The position numbers and the translations under genes are program-made. A stretch of DNA of 64,000 nt from Laetmonice hystrix (Eukaryota): the NCBI GenBank assembly GCA_965235115.1, contig OZ249436.1, positions 372,001-436,000 on the forward strand, read 5' to 3'. This document shows positions 39,101-52,900 of this stretch, in pieces. How positions within the stretch are numbered: the first letter of the stretch is position 1; each line of letters opens with the position of its first letter. The notes under the pieces are model-generated. The model saw only the letters and a list, made by a program, of their open reading frames with translations, was not told where the DNA came from and ran no database searches.

Positions 39101-42100
39101 AGTAACAAAGAAAGAAAGAATACACAGAGATGTTGCAGGCAGAAAACACCAGGGTGCAGCGCAGTTCCACTGAAGCGCGACGGCGGCGCTGAATGCACTG
39201 CCGCCTTCCGGCCAGAGGTGGAATCACCACGTACACCTGCCGGGCTGGCAGGCACCTGTGGCTCTTAGGCAGGAGACAGGTTAAAGCAATGATAAGCGAA
39301 AAATGGCTACATTTTTGGTACGTCAGATTGAAACTACGCACCCCAAAATTATTATTCTTTGGCCAGATGTATAACTGTCAAACGTATAGGTCTCGTACGT
39401 TCGCTACTGATATATGGTTGTGATGTGTACACTTCTCATTTGAGTATCTTCTCCAGATTTTAACATTAGATGCTCCTCGCCTGGAACCTTTCATTGCCGC
39501 TACCTCACTGTAGTGTCTGCATGGCTACTATACGCCAGCCGGTAACATTTAGGGACTTCTCACTCTACTGGTTGTCCTCCCACACAACTTGCCCCACAGT
39601 GTACTATTTGGCCTCACTGTACACTTTGGCCTCACTGTAGTGTTCGCTTGGATGCTAGGCCAGCCAGTAATACCTTGTAGGGATTCCTGCTTGTACTGTT
39701 TGGCCTCCCTGTACCGTTTGCTTGTATACAAGAGTTGCCACTAGTATAGGGACGCCTCATGTTTCCTGTTTCCATGCCTTTATTGTCCAGGAGGCAGGCC
39801 ATACGTTTCGTCTATCATCTACTTCCATCTAATCTGTGTCCCCTACAGACCATCTGTAAGCGTCCGACAACGTTGTCAGGTCGTCCCAATGATTGTTTGC
39901 CGTAAAGGTTTAGTTAACAATGGCAAATGGCGTTGTACGCCTTTTCTATATCAGATATCCCATCCCCAAGTAACAAAGAAAGATAGAAAGAAAGAAAGAA
40001 TACACAGAGATGTTGCACGCAGAAAACACCAGGGTGCAGCGCAGCTCCACTGAAGCGCGACGGCGGCGCTGACTGCACTGCCGCCTTCCGTCCGGCGGTG
40101 GAATCACCACGTACACCTGCCGGGCTGGCAGGCACCTGTGGCTCTTAGGCGAGAGACAGGTTAAAGCAATGATAAGCGAAAAATGGGGTAGTCAAATTGA
40201 AACTACGCACCCGAAAATTATTATTCTTAGGCCAGATGTATAACTGTCAAGCGTATAGGTCTCGTACGTTCGCTACAGATATATGGTTGTGATGTGTACA
40301 CTTCCCATTTGCGTATCTTCTCCAGATTTTAACATTAGATGCTCCTCGCCTGGAACCTTTCATTGCCGCTACCTCACTGTAGTGTCTGCATGGCTACTAT
40401 AGGCCAGCCGGTAAGATTTAGGGACTTCTCACTCTACTGGTTGGCCTCTCAGACAACTTGCCCCACAGTGTACTGTTTGGCCTCACTGTACACTTTGGCC
40501 TCACTGTAGTGTTCGCTTGGATGCTAGGCCAGCCAGTAATACCTTGTAGGGATTCATGCCTGTACTGTTTGGCCTTCCTCTACCGTTTGCTTGTATACAA
40601 GAGTAGCCAGTAGTATAGGGACGCCTCATGTTTCATGTTTCCATGCCTTTATTGTCCAGGAGGCAGGCCATACGTTCCGTCTATCATCTACTTCCATCTA
40701 ATCTGTGTCCCCTACAGACCATCTGTAAGCGTCCGACAACGTTGTCAGGTCGTCCCAATGATTGTTTGCCGTAAAGGTTTAGTTAACAATGGCAAATGAC
40801 GTTGTACGCCTTTTCTATATCAGATATCTCATCCCCAAGTACCAAAGAAAGAAAGAAAGAAAGAATACACAGAGATGTTGCAGGCAGAAAACACCAGGGT
40901 GCAGCGCAGCTCCACTGAAGCATGACGGCGGCGCTGACTGCACTGCCGCCTTCCGTCCGGCGGTGGAATCACCACGTACACCTGCCGGGCTGGCAGGCAC
41001 CTGTGGCTCTTAGGCGAGAGACAGGTTAAAGCAATGATAAGCGAAAAAGGGGGTAGTCAAATTGAAACTACGCACCCGAAAATCATTATTCTTAGGCCAG
41101 ATGTATAACTGTCAAGCGTATAGGTCTCGTACGTTCGCTACAGATATATGGTTGTGATTTGTACACTTCCCATTTGAGTATCTTCTCCAGATTTTAACAT
41201 TAGATGCTCCTCGCCTGGAACCTTTCATTGCCGCTACCTCACTGTAGTGTCTGCATGGCTACAATAGGCCATCCGGTAAGATTTAGGGACTTCTCACTCT
41301 GCTGGTTGGCCTCCCACACAACTTGCCCCACAGTGTACTGTTTGGCCTCACTGTACACTTTGGACTCACTGTAGTGTTCGCTTGGATGCTAGGCCAGCCA
41401 GTAATACCTTGTAGGGATTCCTGCCTGTACTGTTTGGCCTCCCTGTACCGTTTGCTTGTATACAAGAGTTGCCAGTAGTATAGGGACGCCTCATGTTTCA
41501 TGTTTCCATGCCTTTATTGTCCAGGAGGCAGGCCATACGTTCCGTCTATCATCTACTTCCATCTAATCTGTGTCCCCTACAGACCATCTGTAAGCGTCCG
41601 ACAACGTTGTCAGGTCGTCCCAATGATTGTTTGCCGTAAAGGTTTAGTTAACAATGGCAAATGACGTTGTACGCCTTTTCTATATCAGATATCTCATCCC
41701 CAAGTACCAAAGAAAGAAAGAAAGAAAGAATACACAGAGATGTTGCAGGCAGAAAACACCAGGGTGCAGCGCAGCTCCACTGAAGCATGACGGCGGCGCT
41801 GACTGCACTGCCGCCTTCCGTCCGGCGGTGGAATCACCACGTACACCTGCCGGGCTGGCAGGCACCTGTGGCTCTTAGGCGAGAGACAGGTTAAAGCAAT
41901 GATAAGCGAAAAAGGGGGTAGTCAAATTGAAACTACGCACCCGAAAATTATTATTCTTAGGCCAGATGTATAACTGTCAAGCGTATAGGTCTCGTACGTT
42001 CGCTACAGATATATGGTTGTGATTTGTACACTTCCCATTTGAGTATCTTCTCCAGATTTTAACATTAGATGCTCCTCGCCTGGAACCTTTCATTGCCGCT

Positions 42101-45100
42101 ACCTCACTGTAGTGTCTGCATGGCTACAATAGGCCATCCGGTAAGATTTAGGGACTTCTCACTCTGCTGGTTGGCCTCCCACACAACTTGCCCCACAGTG
42201 TACTGTTTGGCCTCACTGTACACTTTGGACTCACTGTAGTGTTCGCTTGGATGCTAGGCCAGCCAGTAATACCTTGTAGGGATTCCTGCCTGTACTGTTT
42301 GGCCTCCCTGTACCGTTTGCTTGTATACAAGAGTTGCCAGTAGTATAGGGACGCCTCATGTTTCATGTTTCCATGCCTTTATTGTCCAGGAGGCAGGCCA
42401 TACGTTTCGTCTATCATCTACTTCCATCTAATCTGTGTCCCCTACAGACCATCTGTAAGCGTCCGACAACGTTGTCAGGTCGTCCCAATGATTGTTTGCC
42501 GTAAAGGTTTAGTTATCAATGGCAAATGACGTTGTACGCCTTTTCTATATCAGATATCCTATCCCCAAGTAACAAAGAAAGAAAGAAAGAAAGAATACAC
42601 AGAGATGTTGCAGGCAGAAAACACCAGGGTGCAGCGCAGTTCCACTGAAGCGCGACGGCGGCGCTGCCTGCACTGCCGCCTTTCGGCCAGCGGTGGAATC
42701 ACCACGTACACCTGCCGGGCTGGCAGGCACCTGTGGCTCTTAGGCGATAGGCAGGTTAAAGCAATGATAAGCGAAAAATGGCTACATTTTTGGTACGTCA
42801 ATTTGAAACTAGGCACCCCAAAATTATTATTCTTTGGCCAGATGTATAACTGTCAAACGTATAGGTCTCGTACGTTCGCTACAGATATATGGTTGTGATG
42901 TGTATACTTCTCATTTGAGTATCTTCTCCAGATTTTAACATTAGATGCTCCTGGCCTGGAACCTTTCATTGCCGCTACCTCACTGTAGTGTCTGCATGGC
43001 TACTATAGGCCAGCCGGTAAGATTTAGGGACTTCTCACTCTACTGGTTTGCCTCCCAGACAACTTGCCCCACTGTACTGTTTGGCCTCACTGTACACTTT
43101 GGCCTCACTGTAGTGTTCGCTTGGATGCTAGGCCAGCCAGTAATACCTTGTAGGGATTCCTGCCTGTACTGTTTGGCCTCCCTGTACCGTTTGCTTGTAT
43201 GCAAGAGTTGCCAGTAGTATAGGGACGCCTCATGTTTCATGTTTCCATGCCTTTATTGTCCAGGAGGCAGGCCATACGTTTCGTCTATCATCTACTTCCA
43301 CCTAATCTGTGTCCCCTACAGACCATCTGTAAGCGTCCGACAACGTTGTCAGGTCTTCCCAATGATTGTTTGCCGTAAAGGTTTAGTTAACAATGGCAAA
43401 TGACGTTGTACGCCTTTTCTATATCAGATATCCTATCCCCAAGTAACAAAGAAAGAAAGAAAGAAAGAAAGAATACACAGAGATGTTGCACGCAGAAAAC
43501 ACCAGGGTGCAGCGCAGCTCCACTGAAGCGCGACAGCGGCGCTGACTGCACTGCCGCCTTTCGTCCGGCGGTGGAATCACCACGTACACCTGCCGGGCTG
43601 GCAGGCACCTGTGGCTCTTAGGCGAGAGACAGGTTAAAGCAATGATAAGCGAAAAAGGGGGTAGTCAAATTGAAACTACGCACCCGAAAATTATTATTCT
43701 TAGGCCAGATGTATAACTGTCAAGCGTATAGGTCTCGTACGTTCGCTACATATATATGGTTGTGATTTGTACACTTCCCATTTGAGTATCTTCTCCAGAT
43801 TTTAACATTAGATGCTCCTCGCCTGGAACCTTTCATTGCCGCTACCTCACTGTAGTGTCTGCATGGCTACAATAGGCCATCCGGTAAGATTTAGGGACTT
43901 CTCACTCTGCTGGTTGGCTTCCCACACAACTTGCCCCACAGTGTACTGTTTGGCCTCACTGTACACTTTGGCCTCACTGTAGTGTTCGCTTGGATGCTAG
44001 GCCAGCCAGTAATACCTTGTAGGGATTCATGCCTGTACTGTTTGGCCTCCCTGTACCGTTTGCTTGTATACAAGAGTTGCCAGTAGTATAGGGACGCCTT
44101 GTTTCATGTTTCCATGCCTTTATTGTCCAGGAGGCAGGCCATACGTTTCGTCTATCATCTACTTCCATCTAATCTGTGTCCCCTACAGACCATCTGTAAG
44201 CGTCCGACAACGTTGTCAGGTCGTCCCAATGATTGTTTGCCGTAAAGGTTTAGTTAACAATGGCAAATGACGTTGTACGCCTTTTCTATATCAGATATCC
44301 TATCCCCAAGTAACAAAGAAAGAAAGAAAGAAAGAAAGAATACACAGAGATGTTGCAGGCAGAAAACACCAGGGTGCAGCGCAGTTCCACTGAAGCGCGA
44401 CGGCGGCGCTGCCTGCACTGCCGCCTTTCGGCCAGCGGTGGAATCACCACGTACACCTGCCGGGCTGGCAGGCACCTGTGGCTCTTAGGCGATAGACAGG
44501 TTAAAGCAATGATAAGCGAAAAATGGCTACATTTTTGGTACGTCAATTTGAAACTAGGCACCCCAAAATTATTATTCTTTGGCCAGATGTATAACTGTCA
44601 AACGTATAGGTCTCGTACGTTCGCTACTGATATATGGTTGTGATGTGTACACTTCTCATTTGAGTATCTTCTCCAGATTTTAACATTAGATGCTCCTCGC
44701 CTGGAACCTTTCATTGCCGCTACCTCACTGTAGTGTCTGCATGGCTACTATACGCCAGCCGGTAAGATTTAGGGACTTCTCACTCTACTGGTTGTCCTCC
44801 CACACAACTTGCCCCACAGTGTACTATTTGGCCTCACTGTACACTTTGGCCTCACTGTAGTGTTCGCTTGGATGCTAGGCCAGCCAGTAATACCTTGTAG
44901 GGATTCCTGCTTGTACTGTTTGGCCTCCCTGTACCGTTTGCTTGTATACAAGAGTTGCCACTAGTATAGGGACGCCTCATGTTTCCTGTTTCCATGCCTT
45001 TATTGTCCAGGAGGCAGGCCATACGTTTCGTCTATCATCTACTTCCATCTAATCTGTGTCCCCTACAGACCATCTGTAAGCGTCCGACAACGTTGTCAGG

Positions 45101-46921
45101 TCGTCCCAATGATTGTTTGCCGTAAAGGTTTAGTTAACAATGGCAAATGGCGTTGTACGCCTTTTCTATATCAGATATCCCATCCCCAAGTAACAAAGAA
45201 AGAAAGAAAGAATACACAGAGATGTTGCACGCAGAAAACACCAGGGTGCAGCGCAGCTCCACTGAAGCGCGACGGCGGCGCTGACTGCACTGCCGCCTTC
45301 CGTCCGGCGGTGGAATCACCACGTACACCTGCCGGGCTGGCAGGCACCTGTGGCTCTTAGGCGAGAGACAGGTTAAAGCAATGATAAGCGAAAAATGGGG
45401 TAGTCAAATTGAAACTACGCACCCGAAAATTATTATTCTTAGGCCAGATGTATAACTGTCAAGCGTATAGGTCTCGTACGTTCGCTACAGATATATGGTT
45501 GTGATGTGTACACTTCCCATTTGCGTATCTTCTCCAGATTTTAACATTAGATGCTCCTCGCCTGGAACCTTTCATTGCCGCTACCTCACTGTAGTGTCTG
45601 CATGGCTACTATAGGCCAGCCGGTAAGATTTAGGGACTTCTCACTCTACTGGTTGGCCTCTCAGACAACTTGCCCCACAGTGTACTGTTTGGCCTCACTG
45701 TACACTTTGGCCTCACTGTAGTGTTCGCTTGGATGCTAGGCCAGCCAGTAATACCTTGTAGGGATTCCTGCCTGTACTGTTTGGCCTCCCTGTACCGTTT
45801 GCTTGTATGCAAGAGTTGCCAGTAGTATAGGGACGCCTCATGTTTCATGTTTCCATGCCTTTATTGTCCAGGAGGCAGGCCATACGTTCCGTCTATCATC
45901 TACTTCCATCTAATCTGTGTCCCCTACAGACCATCTGTAAGCGTCCGACAACGTTGTCAGGTCGTCCCAATGATTGTTTGCCGTAAAGGTTTAGTTAACA
46001 ATGGCAAATGACGTTGTACGCCTTTTCTATATCAGATATCTCATCCCCAAGTACCAAAGAAAGAAAGAAAGAAAGAATACACAGAGATGTTGCAGGCAGA
46101 AAACACCAGGGTGCAGCGCAGCTCCACTGAAGCATGACGGCGGCGCTGACTGCACTGCCGCCTTCCGTCCGGCGGTGGAATCACCACGTACACCTGCCGG
46201 GCTGGCAGGCACCTGTGGCTCTTAGGCGAGAGACAGGTTAAAGCAATGATAAGCGAAAAAGGGGGTAGTCAAATTGAAACTACGCACCCGAAAATTATTA
46301 TTCTTAGGCCATATGTATAACTGTCAAGCGTATAGGTCTCGTACGTTCGCTACAGATATATGGTTGTGATTTGTACACTTCCCATTTGAGTATCTTCTCC
46401 AGATTTTAACATTAGATGCTCCTCGCCTGGAACCTTTCATTGCCGCTACCTCACTGTAGTGTCTGCATGGCTACAATAGGCCATCCGGTAAGATTTAGGG
46501 ACTTCTCACTCTGCTGGTTGGCCTCCCACACAACTTGCCCCACAGTGTACTGTTTGGCCTCACTGTACACTTTGGACTCACTGTAGTGTTCGCTTGGATG
46601 CTAGGCCAGCCAGTAATACCTTGTAGGGATTCCTGCCTGTACTGTTTGGCCTCCCTGTACCGTTTGCTTGTATACAAGAGTTGCCAGTAGTATAGGGACG
46701 CCTCATGTTTCATGTTTCCATGCCTTTATTGTCCAGGAGGCAGGCCATACGTTTCGTCTATCATCTACTTCCATCTAATCTGTGTCCCCTACAGACCATC
46801 TGTAAGCGTCCGACAACGTTGTCAGGTCGTCCCAATGATTGTTTGCCGTAAAGGTTTAGTTATCAATGGCAAATGACGTTGTACGCCTTTTCTATATCAG
46901 ATATCCTATCCCCAAGTAACA

Positions 46922-46957
<36 letters not shown>

Positions 46958-49900
46958 ATACACAGAGATGTTGCAGGCAGAAAACACCAGGGTGCAGCGC
47001 AGTTCCACTGAAGCGCGACGGCGGCGCTGCCTGCACTGCCGCCTTTCGGCCAGCGGTGGAATCACCACGTACACCTGCCGGGCTGGCAGGCACCTGTGGC
47101 TCTTAGGCGATAGACAGGTTAAAGCAATGATAAGCGAAAAATGGCTACATTTTTGGTACGTCAATTTGAAACTAGGCACCCCAAAATTATTATTCTTTGG
47201 CCAGATGTATAACTGTCAAACGTATAGGTCTCGTACGTTCGCTACAGATATATGGTTGTGATGTGTATACTTCTCATTTGAGTATCTTCTCCAGATTTTA
47301 ACATTAGATGCTCCTGGCCTGGAACCTTTCATTGCCGCTACCTCACTGTAGTGTCTGCATGGCTACTATAGGCCAGCCGGTAAGATTTAGGGACTTCTCA
47401 CTCTACTGGTTTGCCTCCCAGACAACTTGCCCCACTGTACTGTTTGGCCTCACTGTACACTTTGGCCTCACTGTAGTGTTCGCTTGGATGCTAGGCCAGC
47501 CAGTAATACCTTGTAGGGATTCCTGCCTGTACTGTTTGGCCTCCCTGTACCGTTTGCTTGTATGCAAGAGTTGCCAGTAGTATAGGGACGCCTTGTTTCA
47601 TGTTTCCATGCCTTTATTGTCCAGGAGGCAGGCCATACGTTTCGTCTATCATCTACTTCCATCTAATCTGTGTCCCCTACAGACCATCTGTAAGTGTCCG
47701 ACAACGTTGTCAGGTCGTCCCAATGATTGTTTGCCGTAAAGGTTTAGTTAACAATGGCAAATGACGTTGTACGCCTTTTCTATATCAGATATCCTATCCC
47801 CAAGTAACAAAGAAAGAAAGAAAGAAAGAAAGAATACACAGAGATGTTGCAGGCAGAAAACACCAGGGTGCAGCGCAGTTCCACTGAAGCGCGACGGCGG
47901 CGCTGCCTGCACTGCCGCCTTTCGGCCAGCGGTGGAATCACCACGTACACCTGCCGGGCTGGCAGGCACCTGTGGCTCTTAGGCGATAGACAGGTTAAAG
48001 CAATGATAAGCGAAAAATGGCTACATTTTTGGTACGTCAATTTGAAACTAGGCACCCCAAAATTATTATTCTTTGGCCAGATGTATAACTGTCAAACGTA
48101 TAGGTCTCGTACGTTCGCTACAGATATATGGTTGTGATGTGTATACTTCTCATTTGAGTATCTTCTCCAGATTTTAACATTAGATGCTCCTGGCCTGGAA
48201 CCTTTCATTGCCGCTACCTCACTGTAGTGTCTGCATGGCTACAATAGGCCATCCGGTAAGATTTAGGGACTTCTCACTCTGCTGGTTGGCCTCCCACACA
48301 ACTTGCCCCACAGTGTACTGTTTGGCCTCACTGTACACTTTGGCCTCACTGTAGTGTTCGCTTGGATGCTAGGCCAGCCAGTAATACCTTGTAGGGATTC
48401 CTGCCTGTACTGTTTGGCCTCCCTGTACCGTTTGCTTGTATGCAAGAGTTGCCAGTAGTATAGGGACGCCTCATGTTTCATGTTTCCATGCCTTTATTGT
48501 CCAGGAGGCAGGCCATACGTTTCGTCTATCATCTACTTCCATCTAATCTGTGTCCCCTACAGACCATCTGTAAGCGTCCGACAACGTTGTCAGGTCTTCC
48601 CAATGATTGTTTGCCGTAAAGGTTTAGTTAACAATGGCAAATGACGTTGTACGCCTTTTCTATATCAGATATCCTATCCCCAAGTAACAAAGAAAGAAAG
48701 AAAGAAAGAATACACAGAGATGTTGCACGCAGAAAACACCAGGGTGCAGCGCAGCTCCACTGAAGCGCGACGGCGGCGCTGACTGCACTGCCGCCTTCCG
48801 TCCGGCGGTGGAATCACCACGTACACCTGCCGGGCTGGCAGGCACCTGTGGCTCTTAGGCGAGAGACAGGTTAAAGCAATGATAAGCGAAAAATGGGGTA
48901 GTCAAATTGAAACTACGCACCCGAAAATTATTATTCTTAGGCCAGATGTATAACTGTCAAGCGTATAGGTCTCGTACGTTCGCTACAGATATATGGTTGT
49001 GATGTGTACACTTCCCATTTGAGTATCTTCTCCAGATTTTAACATTAGATGCTCCTCGCCTGGAACCTTTCATTGCCGCTACCTCACTGTAGTGTCTGCA
49101 TGGCTACTATAGGCCAGCCGGTAAGATTTAGGGACTTCTCACTCTACTGGTTGGCCTCTCAGACAACTTGCCCCACAGTGTACTGTTTGGCCTCACTGTA
49201 CACTTTGGCCTCACTTGTGTTTTCGCTTGGATGCTAGGCCAGTCAGTAATACCTTGTAGGGATTCCTGCCTGTACTGTTTGGCCTCCCTGTACCGTTTGC
49301 TTGTATGCAAGAGTTGCCAGTAGTATAGGGACGCCTCATGTTTCATGTTTCCATGCCTTTATTGTCCAGGAGGCAGGCCATACGTTTCGTCTATCATCTA
49401 CTTCCATCTAATCTGTGTCCCCTACAGACCATCTGTAAGCGTCCGACAGCGTTGTCAGGTCGTCCCAATGATTGTTTGCCGTAAAGGTTTAGTTAACAAT
49501 GGCAAATGACGTTGTACGCCTTTTCTATATCAGAAATCTCATCCCCAAGTACCAAAGAAAGAAAGAAAGAAAGAAAGAAAGAATACACAGAGATGTTGCA
49601 CGCAGAAAACACCAGGGTGCAGCGCAGCTCCACTGAAGCGCGACGGCGGCGCTGACTGCACTGCCGCCTTCCGTCCGGCGGTGGAATCACCACGTACACC
49701 TGCCGGGCTGGCAGGCACCTGTGGCTCTTAGGCGAGAGACAGGTTAAAGCAATGATAAGCGAAAAATGGGGTAGTCAAATTGAAACTACGCACCCGAAAA
49801 TTATTATTCTTAGGCCAGATGTATAACTGTCAAACGTATAGGTCTCGTACGTTCGCTACAGATATATGGTTGTGATTTGTACATTTCCCATTTGAGTATC

Positions 49901-52900
49901 TTCTCCAGATTTTAACATTAGATGCTCCTGGCCTGGAACCTTTCATTGCCGCTACCTCACTGTAGTGTCTGCATGGCTACAATAGGCCATCCGGTAAGAT
50001 TTAGGGACTTCTCACTCTGCTGGTTGGCCTTCCACACAACTTGCCCCACAGTGTACTGTTTGGCCTCACTGTACACTTTGGACTCACTGTAGTGTTCGCT
50101 TGGATGCTAGGCCAGCCAGTAATACCTTGTAGGGATTCCTGCCTGTACTGTTTGGCCTCCCTGCACCGTTTGCTTGTTTACAAGAGTAGCCAGTAGTATA
50201 GGGACGCCTCATGTTTCCTGTTTCCATGCCTTTATTATCCAGGAGGCAGGCCATACGTTTCGTCTATCATCTACTCCCATCTAATCTGTGTCCCTACAGA
50301 CCATCTGTAAGCGTCCGACAACGTTGTCAGGTCGTCCCAATGACTGTTTGCCGTAAGAGTTTAGTTAACAAGTGCAAATGACGTTGTACGCCTTTTCTAT
50401 ATCAGATATCCCATCCCCAAGTAACAAAGAAAGAAAGAATACACAGAGATGTTGCAGGCAGAAAACACCAGGGTGCAGCGCAGTTCCACTGAAGCGCGAC
50501 GGCGGCGCTGAATGCACTGCCGCCTTCCGGCCAGCGGTGGAATCACCACGTACACCTGCCGGGCTGGCAGGCACCTGTGGCTCTTAGGCAGGAGACAGGT
50601 TAAAGCAATGATAAGCGAAAAATGGCTACATTTTTGGTACGTCAGATTGAAACTACGCACCCCAAAATTATTATTCTTTGGCCAGATGTTTAACTGTCAA
50701 ACGTATAGGTCTCGTACGTTCGCTACTGATATATGGTTGTGATGTGTACACTTCTCATTTGAGTATCTTCTCCAGATTTTAACATTAGATGCTCCTCGCC
50801 TGGAACCTTTCATTGCCGCTACCTCACTGTAGTGTCTGCATGGCTACTATACGCCAGCCGGTAAGATTTAGGGACTTCTCACTCTACTGGTTGTCCTCCC
50901 ACACAACTTGCCCCACAGTGTACTATTTGGCCTCACTGTACACTTTGGCCTCACAGTAGTGTTCGCTTGGATGCTAGGCCAGCCAGTAATACCTTGTAGG
51001 GATTCCTGCTTGTACTGTTTGGCCTCCCTGTACCGTTTGCTTGTATACAAGAGTTGCCAGTAGTATAGGGACGCCTCATGTTTCCTGTTTCCATGCCTTT
51101 ATTGTCCAGGAGGCAGGCCATACGTTTCGTCTATCATCTACTTCCATCTAATCTGTGTCCCCTACAGACCATCTGTAAGCGTCCGACAACGTTGTCAGGT
51201 CGTCCCAATGATTGTTTGCCGTAAAGGTTTAGTTAACAATGGCAAATGGCGTTGTACGCCTTTTCTATATCAGATATCCCATCCCCAAGTAACAAAGAAA
51301 GAAAGAAAGAAAGAAAGAATACACAGAGATGTTGCACGCAGAAAACACCAGGGTGCAGCGCAGCTCCACTGAAGCGCGACGGCGGCGCTGACTGCACTGC
51401 CGCCTTCCGTCCGGCGGTGGAATCACCACGTACACCTGCCGGGCTGGCAGGCACCTGTGGCTCTTAGGCGATAGACAGGTTAAAGCAATGATAAGCGAAA
51501 AATGGCTACATTTTTGGTACGTCAATTTGAAACTAGGCACCCCAAAATTATTATTCTTTGGCCAGATGTATAACTGTCAAACGTATAGGTCTCGTACGTT
51601 CGCTACAGATATATGGTTGTGATGTGTATACTTCTCATTTGAGTATCTTCTCCAGATTTTAACATTAGATGCTCCTGGCCTGGAACCTTTCATTGCCGCT
51701 ACCTCACTGTAGTGTCTGTATGGCTACTATAGGCCAGCCGGTAAGATTTAGGGACTTCTCACTCTACTGGTTGGCCTCCCAGACAACTTGCCCCACAGTG
51801 TACTGTTTGGCCTCACTGTACACTTTGGCCTCACTGTAGTGTTCGCTTGGATGCTAGGCCAGCCAGTAATATCTTGTAGGGATTCCTGCCTGTACTGTTT
51901 GGCCTCCCTGTACCGTTTGCTTGTATGCAAGAGTTGCCAGTAGTATAGGGACGCCTCATGTTTCATGTTTCCATGCCTTTATTGTCCAGGAGGCAGGCCA
52001 TACGTTTCGTCTATCATCTACTTCCATCTAATCTGTGTCCCCTACAGACCATCTGTAAGCGTCCGACAACGTTGTCAGGTCGTCCCAATGATTGTTTGCC
52101 GTAAAGGTTTAGTTAACAATGGCAAATGACGTTGTACGCCTTTTCTATATCAGATATCCTATCCCCAAGTAACAAAGAAAGAAAGAAAGAAAGAATACAC
52201 AGAGATGTTGCAGGCAGAAAACACCAGGGTGCAGCGCAGTTCCACTGAAGCGCGACGGCGGCGCTGCCTGCACTGCCGCCTTTCGGCCAGCGGTGGAATC
52301 ACCACGTACACCTGCCGGGCTGGCAGGCACCTGTGGCTCTTAGGCGATAGACAGGTTAAAGCAATGATAAGCGAAAAATGGCTACATTTTTGGTACGTCA
52401 ATTTGAAACTAGGCACCCCAAAATTATTATTCTTTGGCCAGATGTATAACTGTCAAACGTATAGGTCTCGTACGTTCGCTACAGATATATGGTTGTGATG
52501 TGTATACTTCTCATTTGAGTATCTTCTCCAGATTTTAACATTAGATGCTCCTGGCCTGGAACCTTTCATTGCCGCTACCTCACTGTAGTGTCTGCATGGC
52601 TACTATAGGCCAGCCGGTAAGATTTAGGGACTTCTCACTCTACTGGTGGCCTCCCACACTACTTGCCCTACAGTGTACTGTTTGGCCTAACTGTACACTT
52701 TGGCCTCACTGTAGTGTTCGCTTGGGTGCTAGGCCAGACAGTATACCTTGTAGGGATTCATGCCTGTACTGTTTGGCCTCCCTGTACCGTTTGCTTGTTT
52801 ACAAGAGTAGCCAGTAGTATAGGGACGCCTCATGTTTCCTGTTTCCATGCCTTTATTATCCAGGAGGCAGGCCATACGTTTCGTCTATCATCTACTCCCA

